Origin: Sporopachydermia quercuum
Taxonomy: Eukaryota
Assembly (NCBI GenBank): GCA_001599295.1
Contig: BCGN01000004.1
Location: 438,138-502,137 of the forward strand
Length of the DNA: 64,000 nucleotides
Direction of reading: 5' to 3'
The translations under genes and the position numbers were made by a program. Shown one piece after another: positions 11,854 to 23,381 of this stretch (its first letter is position 1; each line of letters begins with the position of its first letter). The notes below the pieces were generated by a model. It saw nothing but the letters and a program-made list of their open reading frames with translations. It made no database searches and was not told the origin of the DNA.

Positions 11854-13848
11854 ATGACGACAGAAAAATCCTCAAAATCACCGTCGTCGCTACAGGAGCT
11901 TCTCAAGAAAGACAAGAAACATAGAATTTCTTCTATTTTATCCGAAGCTGAGCACGTTGGAAGACATAATGACCGAGGTTCATCAAAGCGTCAAAAGGCC
12001 AACAAGATGCCAGCAAGTGCAGGTGCATCAAAAGTACTTGACTTTTCAGGAGGTCCCAACAGTTTATTGAACCCTTCAGTTCATGAAACTAAAGCTAAAG
12101 GTAACTCTCAGTATTCTTCGGCATCCGATAGTGACGACAGTCAAAGAGACTCTTTAATGGAAGGACGACGAGGAACTTATTCTATCTCAACTTCGACCTC
12201 AGAAGTCGATGAAAATAAAGCAGCAGCGGTGTCCGCAGCTTCAAGATCATCGACAAGTCAAAATAGCCTATCCGCTCTATCATCTATAGCGAGACCTACA
12301 GTTCTACTTCCTCAACAACAACAAGCAGCTGCTCCCCAATTGTCGAATGGACAATCTGCTTGCGACAAAATCCCTTATATCTACCCTACTCAAACAAAAG
12401 AGCAACGGAAACTTCCAAATTGGACCCAGGAAGGCAGTAACGTTCCACCACTTGTTCTTCCTCCTATTTCGTCTGGCCTTACATACAGTCGGAATGTGTC
12501 ATCCTTTATATCACCTTCAATGCCTTTCCAACCATCATTTCATGTTCAATCTCCTTTATTAGGTTCAACCCAATTAACTCAGGTTCAAGGTAGAGCGCCA
12601 ATGGTTTCAGAAACTCAACAACAATTACAGTACCAAGCACCGCCAATAACTCTGCCTTATCAACCTTATCAATATCAATTCCAACAAGAGCTACAACCCC
12701 AGGAACATCCTATTCCACCATATGTATCCAACGGAGAATATCCAAAGGTTAGTCAGCCATATCCCTCATCTATCCCAGCCCAAGCTCAGTCGGAAATTTC
12801 CAGACTTCCAGTGAATGGAGCTACGTTTGAGATTACACCGGCGTTCAATGAACACACTGCTTACAACAGTGGTCCAGTACGTCCAGTACTAAGACCTCAA
12901 ATAATTGGAACCACCTTTGTTCCTATGAATGTATCTACAGAAAAACCAACTGAAGATGAAAAGTCTCATTTCAATGATAAATCGAGTAGAATAAACGATA
13001 ATTATTTGAATCAATCAAAAGCAATTATTCCTATGAGTCAACTACCTAATCCAAGTTCTGAGTCCAAACTGAAGTTTACTATTTTCAGAAATATTGCGAA
13101 AACATCTCCAGGCAGAAGTGAAGTCTTTGATAAAATTGAACTTCTGATGGATTACCGAAGTATATCGTTCGAAGACGTTTTGGAAAAACCATGGACTGAG
13201 GAAGAAAAGAAACAAGGTAGAAGAATAATCAGACTGAACAGGTATCAGGTTGAGAATAAGCTATATATTCTTGTATCAATTGTTCTGCCTTCAACTGGTG
13301 AAACTAATAACAAGGATAAGGCTGGACTGGCGGCTGTAGGAAGTGATTCTTTTATTGATGTATCTTGTATTGAATTCAGTAAAGATCCAAGTAAGCCTCG
13401 ATATTGGATTACCAGTATTGAAGTTATTACTATTATTGAATTCTTGTCCGGTCAATACCGACGGCAATTTGACGGAAGATTAAATTCTACAACTGTTCTA
13501 AAACACAACCGGTATACTATTTACAAGGATCAGCTATTAGCTTTGAGAAACGAGAGAAGACGAATTGCTTCTAATCTGATGGCATTCTACGACCATGCTG
13601 CCTTAAGGAAGACAGTTCCTGATAGTGCAGCAGATCATAGTTCTATTATCAAAAACGAAAATAGATCTATGGACGAGAATACCTACAGATCTCAGTTGTA
13701 CTCTAGAGTTATGGATTACGACAAAACTGATAGGCCTCCTACAAATTTTGATAAACCTTTTAAAGTAATGAGATGGGAAAGACTTAATGAAGCCGTTGTT
13801 AAGGCAATGTCTTATTATACTGTATCTGTTCAAAATGTCGAACAGTGA
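11854..13848 (+). CDS. MedA/ACON-3-like (DUF7082-type) putative developmental regulator with a long S/Q/P-rich N-terminus
   Basis: First ATG at 11854. C-terminal blocks WTEEE..GRRII, VSCI, YWITSIEVITIIEFL, ERRRIASNL and NFDKPFKVMRWERLNEAVVKAMSYY resemble the conserved MedA domain (WT.EE...RR, VSCI, TSVD.I.LLE.L, EKNRIRRNL, RNIEKDVKVFPW..L..ALKKII.KY). Confidence 0.7.
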   Translation: MTTEKSSKSPSSLQELLKKDKKHRISSILSEAEHVGRHNDRGSSKRQKANKMPASAGASKVLDFSGGPNSLLNPSVHETKAKGNSQYSSASDSDDSQRDSLMEGRRGTYSISTSTSEVDENKAAAVSAASRSSTSQNSLSALSSIARPTVLLPQQQQAAAPQLSNGQSACDKIPYIYPTQTKEQRKLPNWTQEGSNVPPLVLPPISSGLTYSRNVSSFISPSMPFQPSFHVQSPLLGSTQLTQVQGRAPMVSETQQQLQYQAPPITLPYQPYQYQFQQELQPQEHPIPPYVSNGEYPKVSQPYPSSIPAQAQSEISRLPVNGATFEITPAFNEHTAYNSGPVRPVLRPQIIGTTFVPMNVSTEKPTEDEKSHFNDKSSRINDNYLNQSKAIIPMSQLPNPSSESKLKFTIFRNIAKTSPGRSEVFDKIELLMDYRSISFEDVLEKPWTEEEKKQGRRIIRLNRYQVENKLYILVSIVLPSTGETNNKDKAGLAAVGSDSFIDVSCIEFSKDPSKPRYWITSIEVITIIEFLSGQYRRQFDGRLNSTTVLKHNRYTIYKDQLLALRNERRRIASNLMAFYDHAALRKTVPDSAADHSSIIKNENRSMDENTYRSQLYSRVMDYDKTDRPPTNFDKPFKVMRWERLNEAVVKAMSYYTVSVQNVEQ

Positions 13849-14055
13849 TTCAAGTCTTTTACAAACTCCTTCAGAACTTCTCCATATAGATATTCTTTAA
13901 CGATTCATGATATCTTTTTTTCTCGAATCCGTGATACTGTAGTTCATTATTTGCCTTTAAACCCATAGAAGCTTGATCAATAAGAGGCTGCTATTCTCCT
14001 CTTCTGTTGTTTTCCGCTTAAGTCTCTTCAATCACATGGTTTACATTGGTTTTCG

Positions 14056-14076
14056 AAGGTTAAGGTTAAGGTTAAG
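14056..14076 (+). repeat. Short tandem repeat (AAGGTT)x3.5
   Basis: aaggttaaggttaaggttaag read directly. Confidence 0.7.
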
Positions 14077-17000
14077 TTTGAAATTAAGCTTCAAAATCCT
14101 GGAATACTTTGAACTTAAGCTATACTGAAACTGCAGTGGCATTGTTTCAGATTTGTTGTATAAAGTGCATGATATGACGAGAGAAACAATCATTTTGAAT
14201 TGGACCTAAGTCAGTCCAGGTTCCCTTAATCTTTCTCAGTTGTTTAATATATTCTAGAAATCATCATTCACTATCAAAGTACGCCGTTCACCCTCATACA
14301 GACCAAGGATAACTTCTTCTTTCAGAACCACCTATTACAGTTGAACTGTAACAACCATATTATCTTCAATTACTTGTATTATCATAGTTCACTTACAAAC
14401 TATACTAAACTGAAAGCAAAACTAACTTAAAGTGTAACTTGTGAGGGGTAACCAGAAATTATTATTATAGATGACGCGTTTCTAGAAATCTAGTGTTGCT
14501 GTAAACATTATTTTCTTTCCTTCCTTCATTATCTGTCAGCTTGCAGTCTCACTAGATAGAACAATGAAATAGCGACGTAATCATCAATCATTATCTAGTT
14601 TATAGTGAACTTCCGTTTATCAATTGTCATTCAATTGTGATGCTCTAAGAGGTGCTTTAATATCTCTTATAATAGTTCTGATTATATCTATGCGAAAGTC
14701 ATAACAGTCTTCTGATTCCATCAGTACAAGTAACAGTGCCTTTATCTTAAGTATCTTCCCAATTCAGGTAATACTTAACTCCTTCTTGATGTGACTTAGT
14801 CTCTAGGGTGGAACACTGAAATAGTCGGAAGTTAGATCTAACTAATAAACGAGCGGCTACGCAGGAGAATTGAATACTGTTATTGCTATTTAAAGCCGGA
14901 GAATCTTTTGACTATTTCATTACACCAATACTGCGGGATTACAATATGTTGTTTCTTTAATCCAGCATATTTAGCATTTTCTTTCATCGATCTAACGTTC
15001 TGGGGTAGATTTATAACACCTGCTTGGAATGTAGACCAGAAATTGCCTTACCGTTTATTTATATCGGTAATATTATTCACACTTGTTCCGGAGTTTATTA
15101 TGCATCCAGTTTATGAATCGAGAACAAAGGAGTTTCCTATTTCTTTGCTGACAATCACCCAGATCAGAAAGTGGGAATTTTACACACTGTGGTGATTGTC
15201 TCCATCAATGAAACTGTGTACTTTGATCGCGATTTGTCAAATTAAACGGTTGTTATTGTTGTTGTTGTTGATAATATACTTTGATTCTCCAATTATGGTA
15301 ATCCTTTATTAAAAAATTCATTGCAATAATCACTTCGTCTCCACATAATTATTTCTATTACTGTAACGACGGACTTCGGATTAATTATATCTTCTCTAAC
15401 TTTATTTGGTAACTCTACAACGTAAGAGTGACGAAAAATTATCCGATGAGAACGGAGCAGCTGGGCGCAGAAAACCTATCAACATGTTGCTATACAGTGC
15501 TTCTGAATGTTTCATTGAAATATTCCAATCGAAGAATTCATTAAAAAAGTGTAATTATTGCTGCTTTTTTTCACTTGGTTATTTATAGTGTGATGAAAGA
15601 AAATGTAGGAAGGCGAGCATGGTTTCCCAGGAAGGTCGTTGCATTGAGATAGAAAAAAATGGATTACTAATATAAACCACGAGTGTTGAGCTTTGTGATT
15701 TGGTTTGAATAGATTGCTGGAAAACTTTTCTAGATTAGCTATAAATATCAGCTGTGGAAAATACTAATGTTCTAAAGTTTTGGTCATAAATATATATATG
15801 GAAAAAAACACAGCAGTAATATCATATATCATATCAATTGACATTCCCAATGTGATTGAAACTACTTGTTTTCTTTCATTTTTTTTCTTCTTTTATTACA
15901 CTTATTTTTTCTTGTAGATCATCAGAGGAGCACCGAAGCAACGTCAACGCCATTGGTGACCATTTTATTGAATTATTCCAGCTTTCATTCTCCAGCTCTT
16001 CCTCTAACTCGTATCTTGAATTTCAACCATGATACCACCAGGTACCTGTTTCTCAGCCGTAGTACGTACTTCTAAGTATTTAGCTATTAGTAATACTCCC
16101 AAATTCTTCTTTTGAAACCAATCAACAGCCTATCTCATGTTGACCTGAACCTTGTATTAGTTTCTAAATCCGAGAATCCTATTGGATTAACAAATCAATA
16201 ATCTTCTATTCTATATCTTGCTTGATGTTCTTCCATAATTTATCGAACTGTACCAAAAGCTATAAAACGCCGAAGCTAAGAACAGATAATTCTCATACTG
16301 GATCTACGGACCATCAACTAACTATTTCTTTTATTTCCTATTTCATGCATACTTATGCATATTAATAACGACTATCTTTTCTGAAAAACGGTAGCAAGTC
16401 AAGTCATATATAACCCATGGTTTTTTTATACGGTTTCTTTCAATCAGAGTTTCTAATTAGAATAAAATACTGTCATTTGCTGTTATTATACACCGCTAGA
16501 GAGAGCGGATGATATGCCTTATAATTGCCATCGTTTATGGTACCGCCAATTACAGTCCTTAACGGAAAACATACTTCTACATTGCTATATAAATATATGG
16601 GCCGAATACCGTTACGTATCTTCTACTATAAGCAATTAGAAAAAGCAAATAAGTAAACTGTTATCATGTTAATTGGTTTAATTCTAACCAAATCAGATCT
16701 TTCCTTCTCGTTTGTTTATTTTAACCGACTGTGTTCGTTTGCTTTTCTTCCGTACATTTACTTAACTCTTTTCCACCTTTTGATCTTCTAGGGCAGAACG
16801 TCAGATAGTTTTAAAGTGTTTCGACCTGAGAGCAAGAAGAATAGAGAGGGAATATCTACTAACTTATTATTGTTGCAACTGATATTTCTTATTTGCAAGA
16901 ATATGATTAGTCATAAATACAATAAACTGAAACTAAGAATGATCGGAAAATGATGAGAAAAAATCTGTCAAGCAGCTGCTACCGTCGAAAGCCTTTATAA

Positions 17001-17404
17001 CCATTTTTAACACCTTTGAAAAACTTTTGGATTGATAACCTATAACTGACTGTTGAGTAAATAGCAGTGTTAGTAGGTTTGAATATCGAATGAGTATTAG
17101 TAATATTACAGAGGATTATAGTTCATTATCAGATTTGTTATTTATTTAGTAATTGGGAATACTGGTAGAATCAGCTACTAAGACCACAGGGTTAGATATA
17201 TAAAGAGGAAACAGAAGGGAAATCCAGTTAGAGAAACATCAAAACTACAACCATTCAGTTGATAAACTATTTATTATGACCAACAGAGCATCGATAGATT
17301 TAGTTTTGTTTTATTAAGTTGAGGATTGAGTTATTTTGTTCTTGACTGTTAAGCAAAAGCAAATAGATTTCAGGCTATTACAATATCACTGAAGTTCGAT
17401 CAAG

Positions 17405-19054
17405 ATGTCTAATCCAATACCAGAAAATACTACAGAAGAAGTATTTTCCTTTCAGAATAACGAAGAGAAAAGCATGAGTGAAAATGCAACAATTGATGAT
17501 TCTGAAATTCCTTATAATAACTTGGTTCGAAGACAGTCTACTTATTCTCTATACCCAGATGAAGCAGATGTTCCGGGACTCAATGGAGAATCAAATATTG
17601 AAGGACAGAATTCAAGACATGGATCAAATTACAGTAGCAAATCTGAAAATCTTGATAAAACTTTTGAAGTGAAGTTCGATGGTACTGATGATGCAGAAGA
17701 TATGAGACTTCTTCCATATTGGAGGAAACTATTAGTAGGTATTGTTCTATCATTCATCTCATTAATGATCACCATCCTATCTTCTATTTGGAGTATGGCC
17801 GCAACACACATTAGGGAACAGTATCATGTAGGCCACACTGTTGCAGCATTAGGAATCAGCTTGTATATATTTGGGCTTGGGCTTGGGCCAATGTTTCTTT
17901 CTCCAATATCTGAATTTCATGGTAGAAGAATAACATACTTAGCGGGATTAGCACTATCATTTGCATTTCAGTTCATGACAGCATTTGGTAAGAATTTGCA
18001 AACTATTCTAATAGGAAGATTTCTATCAGGATTTTGCGGATCAGCTTTTATGGCCGTTGCATCAGGAACATATAGTGATATTTTTTCGAAAGAGGAGATT
18101 CAAATCCCTTTGACTATTTACACTTTATCACCATTTGTAGGGCCCGCACTGGGACCACTCATGGGAGGCTTTATCGATTACAACGTTGGTTGGAGATGGT
18201 TGTTTTATGTTATGTTGATTTATACAGCTTGTGTTATGGTGATGTTATATTTTCTTATACCAGAAACGTATCAACCTGTGTTGCTACAAAAGAAAGCGGC
18301 GAGACTGAGAAAAGAAACCGGAGATGATAGGTATTATGCACCTCTTGATAAGGTAGACCAAACACTGTTTCAAACAATAGTTTTATCGTCAAAGAGGCCT
18401 TTTCTATTAATTGTTTTCGATCCAATGATGTTCTGTCTTTGTTTCTATACAGGATTTGTGTTGGCTATTGTGTACCTGTTTTTTGTTTCGTTTCCTTATA
18501 TATTTGAAACAGTATACGATTTTAGCGAATGGCAAGTGGGGCTTGCCTTCCTGGGTTTACTGGTTGGTCTTCTATTAGGTGGGTTAACATCCCCTGAGTT
18601 TCAGAAAATATATGGGCGTTTAGTGAAAAAGAATGGTGGTAAAGGGGAACCAGAGTTCAGATTGCCCCAACTTATTATTGGTGGTATGTTTGCTCCTATA
18701 GGATTATTCATTATTGGTTGGACTTCATATTCGCATGTTCACTGGATCGGACCGATTATTGGATCAGCAGTTTATGGCTTTGGTACATTACTAGTATTTT
18801 CTGGGATTTTCACATATACGGTTGATGGCTATAGACTATATGCTGCAAGTGCAATGGCAGCCAATTCTTTCATCAGAAGTGCAATGGCCGGTATATTCCC
18901 TTTATTTGGTCTGCAAATGTATGAAGGCATGGGAATTCAATGGGCAACTTCTCTTCTAGCTTTTGTTGCCATTGCATTAGTACCTTTGGGGTTCCTTTTC
19001 TTCAAGAAAGGCAAACTACTAAGATCAAAAAGCCCTTATGCTTGGGATGATTAA
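17405..19054 (+). CDS. MFS drug:H+ antiporter, DHA1 family (Yhk8/Tpo-like)
   Basis: About 12 hydrophobic segments; SPISEFHGRR, GRFLSG, GPALGPLMGG, PETYQPVLL.KKAARLRKETGD, PEFRL, ASAMAANSFIRS, FPLFGLQMY. Confidence 0.92.
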   Translation: MSNPIPENTTEEVFSFQNNEEKSMSENATIDDSEIPYNNLVRRQSTYSLYPDEADVPGLNGESNIEGQNSRHGSNYSSKSENLDKTFEVKFDGTDDAEDMRLLPYWRKLLVGIVLSFISLMITILSSIWSMAATHIREQYHVGHTVAALGISLYIFGLGLGPMFLSPISEFHGRRITYLAGLALSFAFQFMTAFGKNLQTILIGRFLSGFCGSAFMAVASGTYSDIFSKEEIQIPLTIYTLSPFVGPALGPLMGGFIDYNVGWRWLFYVMLIYTACVMVMLYFLIPETYQPVLLQKKAARLRKETGDDRYYAPLDKVDQTLFQTIVLSSKRPFLLIVFDPMMFCLCFYTGFVLAIVYLFFVSFPYIFETVYDFSEWQVGLAFLGLLVGLLLGGLTSPEFQKIYGRLVKKNGGKGEPEFRLPQLIIGGMFAPIGLFIIGWTSYSHVHWIGPIIGSAVYGFGTLLVFSGIFTYTVDGYRLYAASAMAANSFIRSAMAGIFPLFGLQMYEGMGIQWATSLLAFVAIALVPLGFLFFKKGKLLRSKSPYAWDD

Positions 19055-20323
19055 CCGTGCCAAATTTAAAGATAGAATAGACATTGGATTGTGAGAACAT
19101 GCAAAAAGCTATACATATCTATGTATAACACACACCCTTGGGACAACCATAGTATAGGAGAATTTTGGAGTCGCCTTGCTCTTTACATATGAATGAGTAT
19201 AATCTCAGGATGAAAGCATTGCACGACAAGAACATTTTGACTTTGTCAATGAGTCTTTCGACTCTTGGCTTCCAACTGATTGATGGTAAGATAGTTAAAA
19301 TGATATTAATCTAACGTTCTGATAAGAAATCATCATCGAATTCTCGCCAAAGCGTACGTAGGACATGATGGCACATTCTAAGCTGTTGCTGTTAATTTAT
19401 ATCAAATGATTAAATATGAATCCCTATTACATATTTTAGAATTTATTGGTACCATGACTATTTCATTCCATGGGATAGACAGTTCTGCACGTACAAGAGG
19501 CCAAGCCCATTATTTTTCTATTTATTAGTTGTAAACTTAATACCATAGTTATAATTAGGATCATCTACTTATCGTAATACTAACCGTGTTATTTTATTTT
19601 ATTCACTATAAAAGATAATATTGATAATAAATAATATACATCAAGAGTATGTTTAATTAATTTCATTATAGATATGTTAATCCTCCATGATATAGTACGC
19701 CCAGCGTGCTAGTTTTATCTTATGACCACCATGATACTATTAACGTATCAATCCAATACAATACTACTAATAACTATCAATCAGAACATTTCTATACAAT
19801 TTACATCCGGTATGATCTGGATTATAATCTATTAATTATATTAAAATATTTGTCATGAATCCTTGCTTATCATTGATTATCATTGAATTANNTATTATCA
19901 AACTCCTGCATTTTGTAAGGAAGTCAAATCTTCTCAAGTTATGCACTCGCATGAATCGTAATGAACTAGTGTGTAATTTCAGTTGTACTTTCAAGTTTAA
20001 TCCAAACCTTAACCTTAGTTCGTTCCATATTCCATTGTTCTACTGTTCCCCGCCTGCAGAATAAATCACTGGTACATTTATTACACTTGTGCACCACCAA
20101 TTAAATTCTCCTATTTACAACTACACAGACAACCACACTAACACAGACATCGCAAGTACAACATGAATAAATAATTCAAACTGATTACATAGCAGCAATT
20201 TATGATTATTATTATACATAATATTCCTTGAAGTTGACTTATTTCTTTTGATAATACCGATTACTGTATAGAAAGAACCAGCATATTGGATATTTATTTA
20301 TTCACACATTTTCCTTCACCGAA

Positions 20324-20736
20324 ATGGCTCTAGACAAAATACCACCTCTCTGTAAGTTTAGCTTAAGTCATCTTGTTGATGATTGAGAAGAGTTGATTGA
20401 AGGACCGATCGAAAATTTGATGGGAAAGTTGAATGAAAGATTAAGTAAAAAGAGTTTTTCTATGAAGAACGCAGAGATCCTCGATACTAACTGGTCAAAA
20501 TAGTGTCTGAACAAGAAATGAAAGACAACAAAATTCCTTTAGCATATAGAGACAGATGTGCACGATTATGGGTTCCTCTAAACAAATGTCGATACGAACA
20601 ACACTTTTTGCCTTGGAACTGTCAACAAGAACGTCACGATTACGAAGAGTGCGAATATCTAGATTTCAAAAGAAGAGTTGCCGAATTCAAGAAGATAAAA
20701 GCTGCCGAAGCTGAAGCTGCCGCTGAAGCCGAGTAA
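20324..20736 (+). CDS. NDUFB7: NADH:ubiquinone oxidoreductase B18 subunit (NDUFB7/NB8M), 86 aa; exons 20324-20351 and 20504-20736
   Basis: Spliced product MALDKIPPLLSEQEMKDNKIPLAYRDRCARL...; twin CX9C motif, PLAYRD.CA and C..ERH.YE.C signature. Confidence 0.9.
20352..20503 (+). other. Spliceosomal intron in NDUFB7 (152 nt)
   Basis: GTAAGT at 20352, TACTAAC at 20485-20491, TAG at 20501-20503; T+TG gives Leu in frame. Confidence 0.93.
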
Positions 20737-21512
20737 ACTAATTAGGCCGAGTGTAAGAGAAGGAGAGAGAATATAACTAGGTGTTTGATTAAGTGGGAGC
20801 AGTAGAAATTCATACGGGAAAGATAACAAAGACCAGGAGAAAGATAGAAGGAATTGTAGAGGTTTGGGAGTTTTTTTGCATAATATTATTAACATGAATA
20901 AATTAAATATTTATTGATTAAACGATCAGTTTCACAGCTATGATTGACGAACAGGCTTACCATGATAGAATTGTTTTCTTTATTTCATTTGATTGAATAA
21001 ACCTCTATTCAAATTGCAGTTCGGCTGGCTGATCAATTGATTTTCATTGTATTTTTTTCGGGCGGTTTCAACATAGACGGAAATGGTCGTTATAAATACG
21101 ATATTCGTCCATATCTTCACTAACTACCTGAGATATTGTAAAATATCTGCTATAATATAAGTCAATGAACCGATTGCTATTTTTCAAAACATGGCGGTAC
21201 AGATGACATGTGAGCTATAATAATCTCTCAAATCTCTGACTCGAAATACAAAAAAATTCAGTATCTTACAGTAATTTTACTATTAATGCCAATTTTTCCT
21301 GCAAGTGTATACAATTTGTAACGATATAAGTAATTTTATAAAAATACATGTTGCCTGTTGATACTCTAACCTGAACCTAAAGATATACTCTAATATACTT
21401 ATAACTGAACTGGTACCTATTAATCATACCACTGTATCGAATAATTGACACCAATCATACAAATCATAATATCATCACCACTTTTTTCGTTTCTTTACTT
21501 TCTTCACTTTCT

Positions 21513-23381
21513 TCACTTTTCTTCACTTCTATTTATTGACTCAGTGATAATATTCCCACTTATTCTACGTATTCCAGGTGATTTAGAAAACTGTGTCTGA
21601 TAATTTAGAACCATATTAGCTGCTTTCTTTCCTTTCCTTTTGACTAGCTTTGCATGAAACAATCCACAAGCATTGCAGAGAGTTCGGGCACCATTTGGAC
21701 CTCTTCTCCATTCAGGAGTATCTTTAATACCACATCTTTGACACCTTAAAGGTTTCCCTGTATCGGAATCAGTTCTTCTAGGTTTCTTTGAGATAGGTGT
21801 AGTAAGCAGAACAATATTATTTCCAAATGCTGGTTTATTTCCTTGGGCAACATCGGCACTTCCATTACTATACATGTCTTTTTTCACTTCATTGTTATCC
21901 ATAGAACCGTTTTCTGACATATCTGCTGGATTCCTCGCCTGATAAGGAATACGGGTGTTTTTCTGCTGCTCGACAGCCCTAGGTGATGAACCATAAGGTA
22001 CCTGAAGACTTGGAACACCCTGCAGATTTGGCAGGATTGAAGCACTGCTCATAAAAGGTGGAATTTGGTGAAGAGGCTGCTGCGTGTCCGGCTGCATTGA
22101 GTACATGAAGTTACTCTGTGGATGCATTTGAGGTTGGGCAACCTGGTAAACAGCTGGCACTAATGATGATTGGATGAAAGTTGGTGGAAGTGGAGCATTT
22201 GGTAATTGAGGATTCTGTTGAACGAGAGAAGGAACTCCAGAATATTGTATTTGGTTAAGAGGAGGAGGCGGTGGGGGCCCCTGAGCTTGGGGATGAGCGA
22301 CTGGCATCGGAATTTGGCCCTGGGAATGAGATAGCACCAAATTGTGATTATGATTCAGGGTTTCCGCCTGTTGAATTTGACGCTCTGAATTGCTTGAAGA
22401 GTTAGGTAAAGTAGCTAGTGATGGCTTTCTTTGATCCCTCACAGATGACTGTTCTGCTTTCAGTTGTTTCCAGTCCTCGAAGTACTTTAAAATCTCTTTG
22501 CAATAGTCTATAGACGTGTTCAAAGTTTCATTTGGGATATCAAGCATTAGCTTCAAGTATTTATTGAGCTCTTCCTTACTTAATTGTCCTTGAGCTGCGA
22601 TTTGCGCGTCATGTTGTAGTTTAATAGGATACCAATTGACAACTGTTCTCAAATGACCTAATAGTTCATCGATTTGAGGGGCGACTTCTCCCAGTTCCGT
22701 AGTAGATTTTCTGCCCACCACCATCGGTGATTTCTGTTCTAATTTATATGATCCGCTGGCCTCTCCCGAAGTTTTGTCATCATTGATTACTTTAGGATAG
22801 CCGTGAGGAGTCAAAGGAGCACTTTCCTGTTTAATATTGGCGTTGTTACATAGGGATGAAGAACTGGAGTTATCAGAAGATGTTGACTTATCAGTACTAT
22901 AGTTGGAACTGGAGACAGATGAAGACAATGGTAAGGAACTAGATTGGTTAAGAAAGCCGGATACAGCTCCCAAGTGTTGATGTTGATGTTGATGTTGAGG
23001 TTGTGGCTGCTGGCTCACAGGCGTTGGATCTGAGCTGCTATTTGTCTGTTTGCTGCTTAAAACACTAGGACTACTGGGATTTGACATTGTTGGCTGAACG
23101 TTTCCATTTGTTGGAGTATCGAACAAAGAATTGCCGTTATGATTTGCCGTTGAATTCGGATTTGAATTGGAATGTGAATTATTTAATGTTATATGTGAGT
23201 TGAATGGCAAATTTAACGATGGATTGGTTAAATGAGAAATCGGAGGTAACCTGATGGTTGTTAGTATTTAGGAAGATTCAATAAAAACGCTCAAATTCTG
23301 TGCTTGCTTCTCTACAGTAGTTGAAACATACCTTATAGGAGCTTGAGGACCAACTCGTGATCCTCTTAGACTGGAGGACAT
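21513..23381 (-). CDS. GATA-type zinc-finger transcription factor (Gat2/Brg1/NsdD-like), about 595 aa; exons 23381-23332 and 23250-21513
   Basis: CQRC-X18-CNAC finger with TPEWRRGPNGARTLCNACGLFHAKL; Q/P/S/N-rich activation regions; true ATG at 23381 recovered by splicing (MSSSLRGSRVGPQAPIRLPPISHL...). Confidence 0.88.
23251..23331 (-). other. Spliceosomal intron in the GATA factor (81 nt)
   Basis: GTATGT donor at 23331, TACTAAC at 23266-23260, CAG ending at 23251; AG+G gives Arg in frame. Confidence 0.92.

Noticed and set aside
14056..14076. TTAAGG repeat as an interstitial telomere
   Set aside because: Only 3.5 units, and the species' telomere motif is unknown
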